A stretch of DNA of 63,526 nt, the filler included, from Octopus bimaculoides (taxonomy: Eukaryota): the NCBI RefSeq assembly GCF_001194135.2. It is 7 parts of 5 records of this genome, joined end to end, with 100 filler letters (N's around TTAATTAATTAA, not from the genome) between each part and the next. Parts side by side here need not be neighbours in the genome. Positions count along the whole stretch, not along the records: positions 15,539 to 46,783 come from NC_068996.1; positions 46,884 to 55,478 come from NC_068994.1; 5 more parts are not named here. The stretch is one strand, 5' to 3'. The notes under the pieces are model-generated. The model did not search any database. It was not told the DNA's origin and was given only the letters and a program-made list of their open reading frames with translations. Position 1 is the first letter of the stretch. Each line of letters opens with the position of its first letter. Shown piece by piece: positions 41,559 through 52,400 of the stretch. Position numbers and translations under genes: made by a program.

Positions 41559-41614
<56 letters not shown>

Positions 41615-44600
41615 TACATAAATATAAATTGGCTGCAAGTGAAGCTACCTAATGCAATGGAGAAGTGACACCTCTCATGTGCTCTTTTGTATTCTCACTG
41701 TTGTTTCTCCCCAACAGCATGAATTACAAGATTCAGTAACTAGTGCCATTCCTCATGCTGCAGGATCTCCTCCTTCCAGTGTCTGAGGAAATGCTGAAGT
41801 TCATATATCTCCCTCAGTACATCCCTATATCGCAACTTCTGGCCACCCTGGCTCTGCCTGCCCTGATACAGTTCAGCATAAAAGCTACCTGCAAACATGT
41901 CCCACCCAACACAGCTACAATGAGGTAATGAGGCCCTTACAGTGTGAAGATCATGTCCATGGCCTGAAGCTATATTGACTGTTGAAATCGGCTCTGATGA
42001 TTTTCAGTCAATTGAGAATGATTTTTGCTAGCACCTTGCCAGCTATGGCCAACAGATGATTCCCACATTCTGCTCAATCTCACTTCCGTTTTGTAAATAT
42101 ATGTACAAGTAGTCTACCTAACCAAAAACGTTTATAGTCAACTTATTACAAGCTAAGCTTTCTTCTACTGCTTACCAATTCTCTGAATCTCTTCAGTCAT
42201 CCACATATTACTGATGTCTTCAGTTTTCCAAAAGTAATAAAACATGAAGTCAACCCCAAAAATCAATAGATTACGTGCTTGCCCACTTGAAATTTATAAA
42301 GCAATAAAAACTATTTTTTGAATATCAAATATGAAACTGAATAGACCAATCCCACTAAAAGATAAATATCAATCATCATATAATCTGCTTTAACTAGTTA
42401 ACTTCTGCATTACACATCAGTTGAAAATTGCTTAAAGTAAAAATACTTACCCTTCTGTTTTCTAAAGCAGTTTTGTAACTTTGGAACGTTTCTTGAACAA
42501 GTCCTTTAACATTATCTCGTTGCATCTGCATATCAGTTAAAGCATTTTCAAGATTGTTACTAGTTTCTTCAAAAAGCTTTATTTTATTCTTACTCTCTGT
42601 TACCAGATTGTTAATCTCATCAGAAAACTTTGTGTCAACATTAGAAATTTTTTCAGTAAAATGCTCTGGTTGCTGGTGATCTTCAGCAATGCAGTCATTG
42701 CAAACCACTTCCTGCAATATAATATTTTTCACATTGAAACATACAAGAAATTAACCATAACCAACCCAATTCACTTTTGTAACAACCAAAAGAAACATAT
42801 CCATCGCAAGCAGTTAAAGACATAGTGAGTATAAGACCTACAGACATTGTAGGGATCAAAGTAAATAGAAACTGACACTTGCTAAACTATTAAACCCATA
42901 CCCAGCATAGATAACAGATTAAAGAACAGAATTTGGATTTAGGTAGATTGAGATCCCTAAAGTTAATATCAAACTGTACCATCATTCAGTCCAGTTATCT
43001 GATGCATCTCAAATACAGAATATTCAACTTGCATTTTATTGGTGTGAAGAGTGGAAAGGTAAAGTAGAAAGTTAACAGCCAACTTAATAATTAAATACTT
43101 GTAAATCATATTTAGCTAGACCCACTGCACTGTATTTGAAGCTGATAACTTCCTTGTTTGTAAAGCTGATTTCTTACTATTTATTTCAGCATGAAGTTTT
43201 AGTTCAATTGGCATAAATTATTAGAGTGCTAGACAAAATGATTTGCAGCACTTTTACAGACTATTTAGATTCCTGGTTCAAATTCTGTCATGGTCAACTT
43301 TACTTCCTTGGGGCTCAAAAACCATACCTGTTTGAATACACTGCCATTTGTAATGCTTTATTAATGCCAACAAATCACACAATCACTTCAAAATCAGACT
43401 CATTACAGAGCAAAGCAAACAAGTTTTTATCCAATTAAATTGGCTTGTTGAAGGCACAGCAAAGACCATAGCAAGATCTCTACTATGAACATTACTAAAT
43501 AGACTTCATAAAAAAAGTGACACTTGAAAAATACATATCTAATTCCTTTTATGACTTTACAATCTATTGTTCCTATTTTTATGAGAAAAGCATGTTCAAA
43601 AGGAAATTGTCAAATTATCATTGCAACTAACCTTACAATAAGACAATAGATCTTTTTAGAACCATCCCACATTTATACACAATTCAAAAAGAAACTGATA
43701 AAACGAAATAGTAAAATATTAAAATACTGAATATACAGTTAAGTTAGCAATCGAGTCACTTGTTAATTCTTAACCACATAACCGAGTCTGTGTTTACATG
43801 CATATATCTTTTTAGACTCCACATGTCAGAACAACTAGGTTCAGCATTAAGATTTGTTAAAAATCTTACTAACATTGTACTGTAGCAGAATAATGTTATG
43901 TTTAATTTTGTTTCAAATGTTCTCTCCTAAGTCTGCATCTTCAGCACTATCCATGTGAACTTTACATCATCTCAAGAATTATATGCTTCAGAAAAATATC
44001 ATTAGAAATATGTATTATGTATTTCATGGTTCTTTACGAACATCCAACAATCTTAAGTTTCCAAAATAACATTGAGATTTTCACTGGTAAATACAGAAAT
44101 TAGCAAGGTTGTTGTTTACTTGCCAGATCTGGAATAGGGATAATGCCCATGGCCTGCAGAAGCCCTCTGCAACCAATGAGAGTGATGTCAATGGTTCATC
44201 TTGAACCATAAGTCAACACTCATGTGAAAGACATGAGCAGTGGAAGAATTCCAGAGAATCAATGTCCTGGGAAGGAAGAGCTGGGCAGAGATTTGTGCAG
44301 AGCCTGAGAAGATGTTAACAATAAGGATGATAAGAGGGAGACAAATGTGCTGGGAATGCTTGAGAGAAAGTGAAATGAGCTCAATCAGCTTGAAGGTACA
44401 GAAATTATTACTGTAACGGGGAAAAAGCAGAGAGAGAAGACAGCATGCTTGTGGTCAAAGGCTAGTTGAGTAGCCTTTTGTGGATGCAGTCTAGGAAAAA
44501 AAGGCCATTAAATCAGTGCAAGTAGTTTTAAGAAGAAATAAACTGTAGCATGAACAATTTCACAAAAAGTTGAAGTATAAATCTTTCAAGAACTGTTTTA

Positions 44601-44860
44601 CTAAATTAAAAATTGTCAATAAAGCTAAAACAAGGCCTCATTGAGAGAAGGAGAATATGATGTGAAATGGCTTCAACAAAAAATTAAAACAATGTTTACA
44701 TTCAAAAAGTTTCATCTCTGCCCATAAAACATAAATTCATTGTTCTTACCTGACATGAAAGACAAAAATATTTTACATTTTCACTTGGATGAATCCGACA
44801 AAACATTGGCTTCAGAAATTTAGGTCCATCTCCATTTTGCATATCTTCAAATGATATAAC
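17454..44860 (-). CDS. mei-P26: TRIM-NHL protein, Mei-P26/NHL-2 subfamily; 10 coding exons, 5' incomplete (no start, RING or B-box 1 found)
   Basis: Exons 44750-44860, 42451-42711, 28016-28336, 25402-25759, 24289-24603, 22609-22717, 20616-20776, 20335-20523, 17957-18108 and 17454-17762 have GT-AG ends, matching phases, and join without stops (2286 nt). NHL motifs [59 protein letters not shown] and [14 protein letters not shown] match Mei-P26/NHL-2 as I recall them, not Brat. Confidence 0.9.
17957..18108 (-). CDS. mei-P26: mei-P26-like NHL exon ([13 protein letters not shown]...VCDFK)
   Basis: tatttAG acceptor, AAG|GTAATT donor, 152 nt, phase 1-0. Confidence 0.95.
20335..20523 (-). CDS. mei-P26: mei-P26-like NHL exon ([14 protein letters not shown]...AITQQ)
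   Basis: cttccAG acceptor, G|GTAAAA donor, 189 nt, phase 1-1. Confidence 0.95.
20616..20776 (-). CDS. mei-P26: mei-P26-like NHL exon ([19 protein letters not shown]...QFGIP)
   Basis: Poly-T ctgtAG acceptor, G|GTATAG donor, phase 2-1; classic NHL repeat. Confidence 0.95.
20885..22320 (-). mobile_element. Highly decayed RTE/RTEX-like LINE fragment in an intron
   Basis: [14 protein letters not shown] (endonuclease end) and [16 protein letters not shown]...TALQLLPK; many stops. Confidence 0.5.
22609..22717 (-). CDS. mei-P26: mei-P26-like exon leading into NHL domain (SISNTSS...NKMSPMQIR)
   Basis: ctctttctAG acceptor, AG|GTAAGT donor, 109 nt, phase 1-2. Confidence 0.88.
22797..23000 (-). mobile_element. 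tRNA-derived SINE, family B (left member of an inverted pair)
   Basis: Reverse complement gives the GTGAGCTGACAGAATT head, GAGTTCAAATTC B-box and ...TTTGAAACC tail. Confidence 0.7.
23087..23301 (+). mobile_element. tRNA-derived SINE, family B, with 19-bp target-site duplication
   Basis: AATATTAAAGTATAATGGT at 23068-23086 and 23302-23320 flanks the copy. Confidence 0.85.
24289..24603 (-). CDS. mei-P26: mei-P26-like exon, Asn/Ser/Thr/Leu low-complexity linker
   Basis: atgtctAG acceptor, weak G|GTCTGT donor, 315 nt, phase 1-1. Confidence 0.82.
25402..25759 (-). CDS. mei-P26: mei-P26-like exon, Ser/Pro-rich linker (IENPISS...DSGISVD...KLGR)
   Basis: ctttacAG acceptor, G|GTAAGC donor, 358 nt, phase 0-1, open frame. 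Confidence 0.88.
28016..28336 (-). CDS. mei-P26: mei-P26-like exon, coiled coil ([11 protein letters not shown]...VNANDPK)
   Basis: ttttttAG acceptor and in-frame continuation of the helix. The donor AAG|GTCCTA is weak but is the phase-0 site the next exon needs. Confidence 0.85.
28743..29419 (+). mobile_element. 5' fragment of a CMC/Chapaev-like DNA transposase
   Basis: ATG at 29012, then [33 protein letters not shown]...PYIPV and [12 protein letters not shown]; runs into a gap. Superfamily label is from memory. Confidence 0.55.
30361..32348 (+). mobile_element. RTE-clade LINE (RT domain, 3' UTR, (GAT)n tail), gapped and decayed
   Basis: [49 protein letters not shown] and RLHWYGHV; tail ...GTTCAACGATGATGATGAT. 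Confidence 0.92.
32400..34060 (-). mobile_element. CR1-like LINE with large internal deletion and a nested insertion
   Basis: Endonuclease remnants (LGDFNLP; [11 protein letters not shown]...HNLIELTM) join directly to 3' ORF2 remnants ([17 protein letters not shown]). Confidence 0.65.
33000..33281 (+). mobile_element. 5'-truncated RTE 3' end or RTE-tailed SINE nested in the CR1
   Basis: AGGAAGGGCATCCAGCTGTAGAAA...CATGCTAGCATGGAAAGC...(GAT)n, shared with 32300-32348 and 36100-36361. Confidence 0.75.
34635..36361 (+). mobile_element. 5'-truncated RTE LINE (thumb/C-terminus plus long 3' UTR)
   Basis: [30 protein letters not shown] and [11 protein letters not shown]; ends GTTAAATGATG. Confidence 0.85.
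37230..40014 (+). mobile_element. RTE LINE, 5' end through RT, 3'-truncated, with an internal inverted segment
   Basis: [24 protein letters not shown] and SQIDFIL (APE endonuclease); [17 protein letters not shown] and EKAFDR; many stops. Confidence 0.92.
40322..40699 (+). mobile_element. Mariner-derived non-autonomous fragment
   Basis: TA-TGAAGTCTGCTTAAAAAGTATC resembles a mariner TIR; antisense transposase remnants. Confidence 0.45.
40700..41096 (+). mobile_element. hAT (Charlie-like) non-autonomous element, running into a gap
   Basis: Starts CAGTGGTTCCCAAACT, a typical Charlie-type TIR. Confidence 0.5.
42451..42711 (-). CDS. mei-P26: mei-P26-like exon, end of B-box 2 and start of coiled coil ([17 protein letters not shown]...ALENRR)
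   Basis: attgcAG acceptor, AGG|GTAAGT donor, 261 nt, phase 0-0. Confidence 0.92.
44750..44860 (-). CDS. mei-P26: mei-P26-like exon, first half of B-box 2 ([37 protein letters not shown])
   Basis: Acceptor ttttttaAG, donor CAG|GTAAGA, 111 nt, phase 0-0. C-x2-H and C-x2-C ligands continue in the next exon. Too short for the ORF track. Confidence 0.9.
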
Positions 44861-44958
44861 CTTAAAAAAGAAAAGAATTAAATAAACTGCCCAATTTCTT
44901 CTCAGATTCCAACGAAAAATTTGCTCATATTATATTAATATTTAAGGTCACAAATTTA

Positions 44959-45564
44959 CTGAAAATGGTGATAATGGATAGCAGATCCATAGGATGAATA
45001 CGTTCAAGTACGTCTTGCAGTTGTGGCACCCATGCTAGATGGTTCATGTCTGCTAACAATATATGTCTGTGCTCTTAGCATTGTGCATTTGTATGATAGG
45101 CTCTCACAGTATTTAGCATTCTAATAATGCATCAACATTGGAGTAGGATATAAAGATTGCCATTTAGTATTAATACTTCTGTCATATTTATTTTTTACAT
45201 TTTATGTTCAAATCTTCCTAAGTCTGCATTGCTTTTCATACTTGTGGTAATTGACTGGTGTTTATTTCATCAAAACCACAAGTATGAAAGGCAATGCTAA
45301 CTTCGGAAGATTTGAACATAAAATATAAAAAATAAATATGACAGAAGCAGTATTAATACTAAATAGCAATCTTTATATCCTACTCCAATGTTGATGCATT
45401 ATTAGAATGCTAAATACTGTGAGAGCCTATCATACAAATGCATAATGCTAAGAGCACAGATATATATTGTTAGCAGACATGAACCATCTGGCGTGGGTGC
45501 CACAACTGCAAGACGTACTTGAACATATTCATCCAATGGATCTATCCAGCATCACCATTTTCAG
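44959..45564. repeat. Long inverted repeat: 290-bp arms, 26-nt loop, intronic
   Basis: 44959-45248 versus the reverse complement of 45275-45564: about 14 substitutions and two 3-nt indels; 77-bp perfect core. Confidence 0.97.
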
Positions 45565-46439
45565 GTTAGTAATGATAATTTCTAGATAAAATTCTGCCAT
45601 CTATATTGTTTCATTATCTAATAACAGGATAAAAAGATTGTGACTCTGGTTAATGCATGAGAGGACATCAACATATGTTTTATGTATATGTCTAAATTTG
45701 TTATGCCCATCAACTGAAGAGAAATGAGCATGACTATAAAATGATTAATATGTTGAAGGAATATCAATCATTTCTTTAACTTTGACCAAGCTTATGAATT
45801 TGCACAGAATATTTAAGGTATGTTATTTATATGCTTCTATATTATATGAATACAGTATATACGCTGCAGCTGTTAGGTGCAGGTATGGTAATCGATGCAA
45901 ATAGGCTATGTGGTTAAGCAAGTTCATATCCGAAGCACATGGTTCTGGGTTCAGTCCCACTGCATTGTACTTTGCATAAATCTTCTAATAAACCTGGGCC
46001 TTGTGAGAAGATTTGATGGACAGAAACTGAAAGAAACCTCTCATGTGATGGTTCTAAAATGAGTGTTAACATCATAAAAGCAGTGTCTTTTGTTTCCAAT
46101 CTTCCATGAATACATCTGGCCATGGAGAAGCATTACCATTTTTGGAAACAGGCAAGGGTTAGCAATGGAAAGTAGATAACATTTACCATATTATAATGTA
46201 CAATACAGTATCACCACCTGTCTTATAGGGTGCATTATTAATGTACATAATGTAAAACAGCCTGTGCACTACCTATAGCATAATATCACTAATATCACTA
46301 CCAACAAATTCTAAGTACTCAAGTTATAAAACAAGGGTTATCAACAGAAAACAACTGTTTACATCAAAGACTTCTTCAGTAGAATAAAGGTTTTCTTTTG
46401 ATTTACATTTTTTTCCTGTTTGGTGTGCGTGTGTGTGTA

Positions 46440-46758
46440 TCTATATATATAAAAATGAGAACGTCTGTGTGTGTGTGTGTGTTTCCCTAAAACTCGAGAA
46501 CTACACAACCAATTTCATTCAAATTTTACACATGTCTTACTTAGGGTTCCGGTTGTGTTTTAGTCAAAAAAATTTTTTTAACTTCTTGCATAGTTCGAGC
46601 CCACAGCAACATCATATCTCCTCCACTATTTAAGTATTACGTGTCAAAAGTGAAACAAAAACACTCATGTCAAATACTTTCACTTTAAAAATGAAACTAT
46701 TCCACTAACTGAAACAATCACATTTCGATACTGTAATGACATACTTTCACTTTAATGG
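46440..46758 (+). mobile_element. Non-autonomous Helitron-like element, 5' end
   Basis: A|TCTATATATATAAAA start, (GT)n tract, AACTCGAGAACTACACAACCAATTTCATTCAAATTT; Lep1/DINE-like layout. Confidence 0.55.
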
Positions 46759-47029
46759 TGTATATATATATATATATATATATNNNNNNNNNNNNNNNNN
46801 NNNNNNNNNNNNNNNNNNNNNNNNNNNTTAATTAATTAANNNNNNNNNNNNNNNNNNNNNNNNNNNNNNNNNNNNNNNNNNNNTTCTGCCGTACCTTGAA
46901 TCTTAATACATAATTCATAACATCGTCAAACATTTTCTCTGCACTTCTAGTAATTATCCCAGTCACTACACACTCTCTGAAAATTAGAAACACTTTTTTT
47001 TTTCTGACGAAACGTTTGTCCTCTTTCAA

Positions 47030-48330
47030 TGTTGAGTCTCACTTGTTTTTGCATTGATGTGACCAAAATGTTACACCAATCGACACGCTGTTCTGTCTGA
47101 CATTGGACAGCTGTCTGTCAATCTATGATTCCCGAAGTCACTTTCCTGACGTCTTATTGCCTTGCAGAGAACGGAATACTTAAGGCATTCTTCCATGTTA
47201 GTGGTGAATACTTAAGGTATTCTCCTGTTAATGGTGATAAAGTACCTTTCTACTGGTTTTACGTCTCGGTGATGTAACAATGAAGCGCTTTTATGCAGAA
47301 AAGCCGTATTTGAAGGCATATAAGATGAATTTTTTTTTTCTCTTTTCAAAAATAAAAAAGGTCGAAAAAGCCACCCCGAGCCCTACATGCGAAATTGGGA
47401 CTCCCGAAAGCTTTAATACATTACAAACTTTCCTCTGAATATGTGCTACTGAAATTCGGTTTCTACTGGAATACTATCCAGTCCAGGCGATAGCCGTTTC
47501 TTTTTTTTTTAACATTTCATGGCAGCGCTAACTTTAGCAAAAGTGGCAACCTATTGATTTGGTGGATGATGAGTACTTCGTAAAACTCCTCTATAACTGC
47601 TGAATCCACTTATTTAGGCTGGTCTAGGGGCTTATTGAAGTACTTTTCTTCACGACTAACAGATGTCACGGTACAAATCCTGCTGTGATACAGTCTTCAA
47701 TGTATCAGAATCTGTTTATGTCATATTTGACTCTGTGCATCAAGATTTCTTGAGCTTTTACCATCCACCATTTTTTATTTAGAGTACAATGGGTGAGTTG
47801 AGCCTTCTCCGAAGAATTTGCACTGCTTGTATAGAATATGTGATGAGAAATTATTCAGATTGGCTCTGTGGACTTTGTGCATGTCATTGAGAAGCCTATG
47901 GGTTTTGCTGGAGTTCTCGTTGAATTACTTTTGACTTGTTTTTTCGTCTTGAAGCCAATGGTTTCGGCAGCAGCATCAAGGAATCTGGAATTTGAGAAGG
48001 ACCATTAGTCAACCATGCTAGCACTTGAGATGATGAGTGCCTCTAAAACTTTTAGTTTGACAACCAGAGTGTCAGATGTCAGGACGTTTGGGGATCTTTT
48101 ACGTCGTAAAGTGCGCATTTTCATCTAACTTTTGTTATATCAGTCGATGGTCTATCCAACATTCAATTCCCCTCGTTGCATTTTTTTAGGTTTGCCCAAC
48201 TGACCATGATAGACAATAAGATACCAGTATGCATTCATGAGATCTTGCGCTTGTTCTTTTACTAGGAGATTGTGCATGTGATGGTTTGATTGTGTTCCAG
48301 GCAGAGAAAAAGAAGTCTAATGCCTTTGCT
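47030..48330 (-). mobile_element. Decayed RTE LINE fragment
   Basis: TRGIECWIDHRLI, VDSAVIEE and SPGLDSIPVE motifs with many frameshifts. Confidence 0.6.
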
Positions 48331-49159
48331 GTTAGTTTTTCTCTAACAAAATAGCTAGTACAAACATAGAAGATAGTCCTCAACATAACATTAGTTTTGT
48401 TGTTAAAAATAAACTCCTGTCTTAACTCAGACACCAATTAACATTAATGAGCGGTTTGATGTCTCAAGACGGCAAATTGACTGTATCGTTAGAGGGTTGG
48501 ACAAAATGTTTTGCGTTATTTGTTCCGTTTCTTTACACTCTGAGTTTAAAACCCACCGCGATCATTCTCCATCAATTTCCATCGATCATTCTATTGGCTT
48601 TTAATGTCTTCTTTTAAATGTTTTCTTCGGTTTTTAACTTTTAATTATTTCTTTACTGAAACATTTTCTTTCTATGTCTTGTTTCCTTTATTCGCTAGTT
48701 CATTGCTGGTTTTTATTCCAGCTCATTACCCTCTGAGTTTAAATTCCGCCCAGGTCAATTGCGCTTTACAATCCTCCCAAGATCTATAAAATAAACTACC
48801 AGCTTAATGTGAGGGATTAATGGATTTGTTAGAATAATTAGAGAAAATCTTTTGTTGTATTTGTTCTGATTCATTACGTTCCGAGTATCCTAGCAGATGT
48901 TGCAAACTTGTTTGTGCCTTGCCGATAGAATGGTATCATGTAAATGTCAAAAATACCAGAAGAAAAGCAATGGGAAACCACGATCTTTGTATTCTTGCAT
49001 CAAAGTTACCAGGCTATCCATGTGCTGGCTCAAAGAAGGACCAATATCTCTTCGAAATTCCGCTTCTTGCAGCAAGAGTGTCTACACGCCAACTCTGCCA
49101 TCCGATAGTCTGCACAAAGACTGCTTCCAGCAGACATTTAATCAGGAGTTGATCATATT

Positions 49160-49390
49160 TATTTCTTTATTGCCCACAAGGGGCTAAACATAGAGGGGAC
49201 AAACAAGGACAGACAAATGGATTAAGTCGATTACCTCGACCCCAGCACGTAACTGGTACTTATTTAATCGACCCCGAAAGGATGAAAGGCAAAGTCAACC
49301 TCGGCGGAAATTGAACTCAGAATGTAACGACAGACGAAATACCGCTTAGCATTTCGCCGGGCGTGCTAATGATTCTGCCAGCTCGCCGCC
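49160..49390 (-). mobile_element. tRNA-derived SINE, family B (CpG-rich copy)
   Basis: GGCGGCGAGCTGGCAGAATC head through the TGTTTAGCCCCTTGTGGGC tail. Confidence 0.8.
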
Positions 49391-50166
49391 CATATTGGCT
49401 ACACACACTCACAAACGCTCACTCACGCACACGCACACGCACACACACACACACACACTCCAATATACGCAGGCACGCATGCACACACATACATGCACAC
49501 ACACATGCTTGCACACACACACACATACACACATACACACATGCACACGCACACACATTCACACGTGCAAATGCACATAGGCTTTATCTCAACGCTTTTA
49601 CGTACGTAGGTTCTGACGCGTCGACACACAAACACCAATATTTTGAATCGCGAAATATTAATGATCGGTTCTTGATACTGTATCTTAATATGTGACGAGG
49701 GGTGTGATGGGTCGGGGTTCGGAGTAGGGTGATACATTTTTGATATCGCTGTCCCATTGAGAGAATTCGATAAATGAGAGGAGAGACTGTTACTGTTGTA
49801 AAAACTGGATAAAAACTAAATATAATCAATCTAAAAAGACGCCTTGATAGCGGCCTATCACAACAAGCTACTTAATCTCCAATTAATCATGGCACGTCTC
49901 TTTGTTTCAAACATACGCAGGCACGCACGCGTATACACACACACACACACACACAAACACATACACACACATACACACACACACACACAAACACACACAA
50001 CTAGACACATGCAGAAACATACACACTCAAACGCTCGTGCACCCGCACAAAATTTCTGATAGTAAGAATTAAATACATAGATTTATGGTCTTTTTCAGAA
50101 ATCACCGTTGAATAAAAAGGCGGAATGTTGTTTGAAAGTGTTTGTGTGTATAATCTATGTATGTGC

Positions 50167-50214
<48 letters not shown>

Positions 50215-50891
50215 NNNNNNNNNNNNNNNNNNNNNNNNNNNNNNNNNNNNNNNNNNNNNNNNNNNNNNNNNNNNNNNNNNNNNNNNNNNNNNNNNNNNNN
50301 NNNNNNNNNNNNNNNNNNNNNNNNNNNNNNNNNNNNNNNNNNNNNNNNNNNNNNNNNNNNNNNNNNNNNNNNNNNNNNNNNNNNNNNNNNNNNNNNNNNN
50401 NNNNNNNNNNNNNNNNNNNNNNNNNNNNNNNNNNNNNNNNNNNNNNNNNNNNNNNNNNNNNNNNNNNNNNNNNNNNNNNNNNNNNNNNNNNNNNNNNNNN
50501 NNNNNNNNNNNNNNNNNNNNNNNNNNNNNNNNNNNNNNNNNNNNNNNNNNNNNNNNNNNNNNNNNNNNNNNNNNNNNNNNNNNNNNNNNNNNNNNNNNNN
50601 NNNNNNNNNNNNNNNNNNNNNNNNNNNNNNNNNNNATATATCGTGAAGTATATTTGCCACCTAAATGTGGCTAACCCTTAGGGGTTGATGTGCTACTGTA
50701 GCTTGTAGCCCCAGGAAGACATCTCCTCCAGCTTGCTATTTGCTTTTTTTTGCAAGATTCTTCATGTGAAATCGTGTGTTGAAACAGATATTGTTATATT
50801 TAGGGATGGTCATATATTTGCCAATTAACCACACGCACTATAGTACCAGTGGTTAATTGACTAAAAAATATGACCTTCTCCAAATATGACA

Positions 50892-50940
<49 letters not shown>

Positions 50941-52400
50941 CGTGCATTCAAGTATTATGTCACCCAAAATTAAGGACACGATTATTGACTGGAGATAAAA
51001 TGACAGTCGGAGGACATGTGTTTCTGGCTTATCTTCAGTAACCTTATCTTCAGTAACCAAAGAGCTTTGACTTATACAAAAACCAATGAAACACATTTAT
51101 AGCAAAAGGTAATTTTGCATAATTTATGTAAAAATTAGCTAAGAGGGATAACTCAGAGGAGCTAGAGGCATGTATTTGAACATAGACAAATACACGTATA
51201 TGAAATTGCTCGGTTAAATCCGTAAGATGATTTGATCATGGTCGTAGAATTTAGAAGTTTGCCCGATATGTTTATCGGGAGAACTTCTAAATTCGTGATA
51301 GAACATCTATCATGATAGCTCGTGATAGAACAAACTATCATGCATCTGAGTTTCAACAAGCACAATCAACAAGTTTATTGTGAGTATTGCAGCTTTATCT
51401 CGTTTCATTTTCAATTATATCTCAATTGTCCGACCAGTTATTAGTTACCGTCTGAGTTTTTCCATGTTCTGCGGGAACGACCGAATAATCTCACGGACTT
51501 ACCGGAAATATTCTATTAGGCGAAAACTACTCTAGGTTTCGTCGTTTCGCTTCTAACCTCTCTCTGTTCACTATCCATCTTCAACACAGAGAAACCAACT
51601 GGTGAAGGAATATTTTGATAACTACATTGATACGTGTTTCTTGATATTCATTTTTATGCGAGACATGGTATAAGACATAGAATATATTATATAAATGTAT
51701 ATATGTGTATATATGCTTGCATGTATGTGTATACATATTTTTATGTATATATACATATTTGTATACCATATNNNNNNNNNNNNNNNNNNNNNNNNNNNNN
51801 NNNNNNNNNNNNNNNNNNNNNNNNNNNNNNNNNNNNNNNNNNNNNNNNNNNNNNNNNNNNNNNNNNNNNNNNNNNNNNNNNNNNNNNNNNNNNNNNNNNN
51901 NNNNNNNNNNNNNNNNNNNNNNNNNNNNNNNNNNNNNNNNNNNNNNNNNNNNNNNNNNNNNNNNNNNNNNNNNNNNNNNNNNNNNNNNNNNNNNNNNNNN
52001 NNNNNNNNNNNNNNNNNNNNNNNNNNNNNNNNNNNNNNNNNNNNNNNNNNNNNNNNNNNTATATGGGGCAAATCTACAAAAGACAAAAGGCAGAGACAGG
52101 GAGGGAACAGCAAACAAAGTATATTAGTTTGACACTCAAATAGAAATGGAGGAGTCTTTGACGTTTCGAGCCTACGCTCTTTGATAGAATGAGGAAAGAA
52201 AACGGAGAAAAAAAGTGTCTGGATTAACGGTCACATATACAAACACTTACACGCACACGTCTTTGTTTACGTATTTCTATATATTTGTATAAAATCAGTT
52301 GTGTTTACATGAGTGTATATACACACACATGTATGTATGTATGTATGTATGTATGTATGTATATGTGTGTGTATGTGTGTGTGTATGTTGGTTGGTAGGT

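Noticed and set aside
43925-43938. 14-mer TCCTAAGTCTGCAT shared with the hairpin left arm (45216-45229), a possible competing pairing that loops out the exon
   Set aside because: It would pair with the right arm with three mismatches and cannot compete with a 290-bp duplex; likely chance.
46895-46976. Exon-like segment with AG/GT ends (ECVVTGIITRSAEKMFDDVMNYVLRFK)
   Set aside because: No zinc-ligand pattern for B-box 1, and it adjoins a decayed RTE and a gap; unsupported.
48897-49187. Cys-rich ORFs as the missing RING
   Set aside because: Wrong strand and no C3HC4 spacing; the minus frames are also uninformative.
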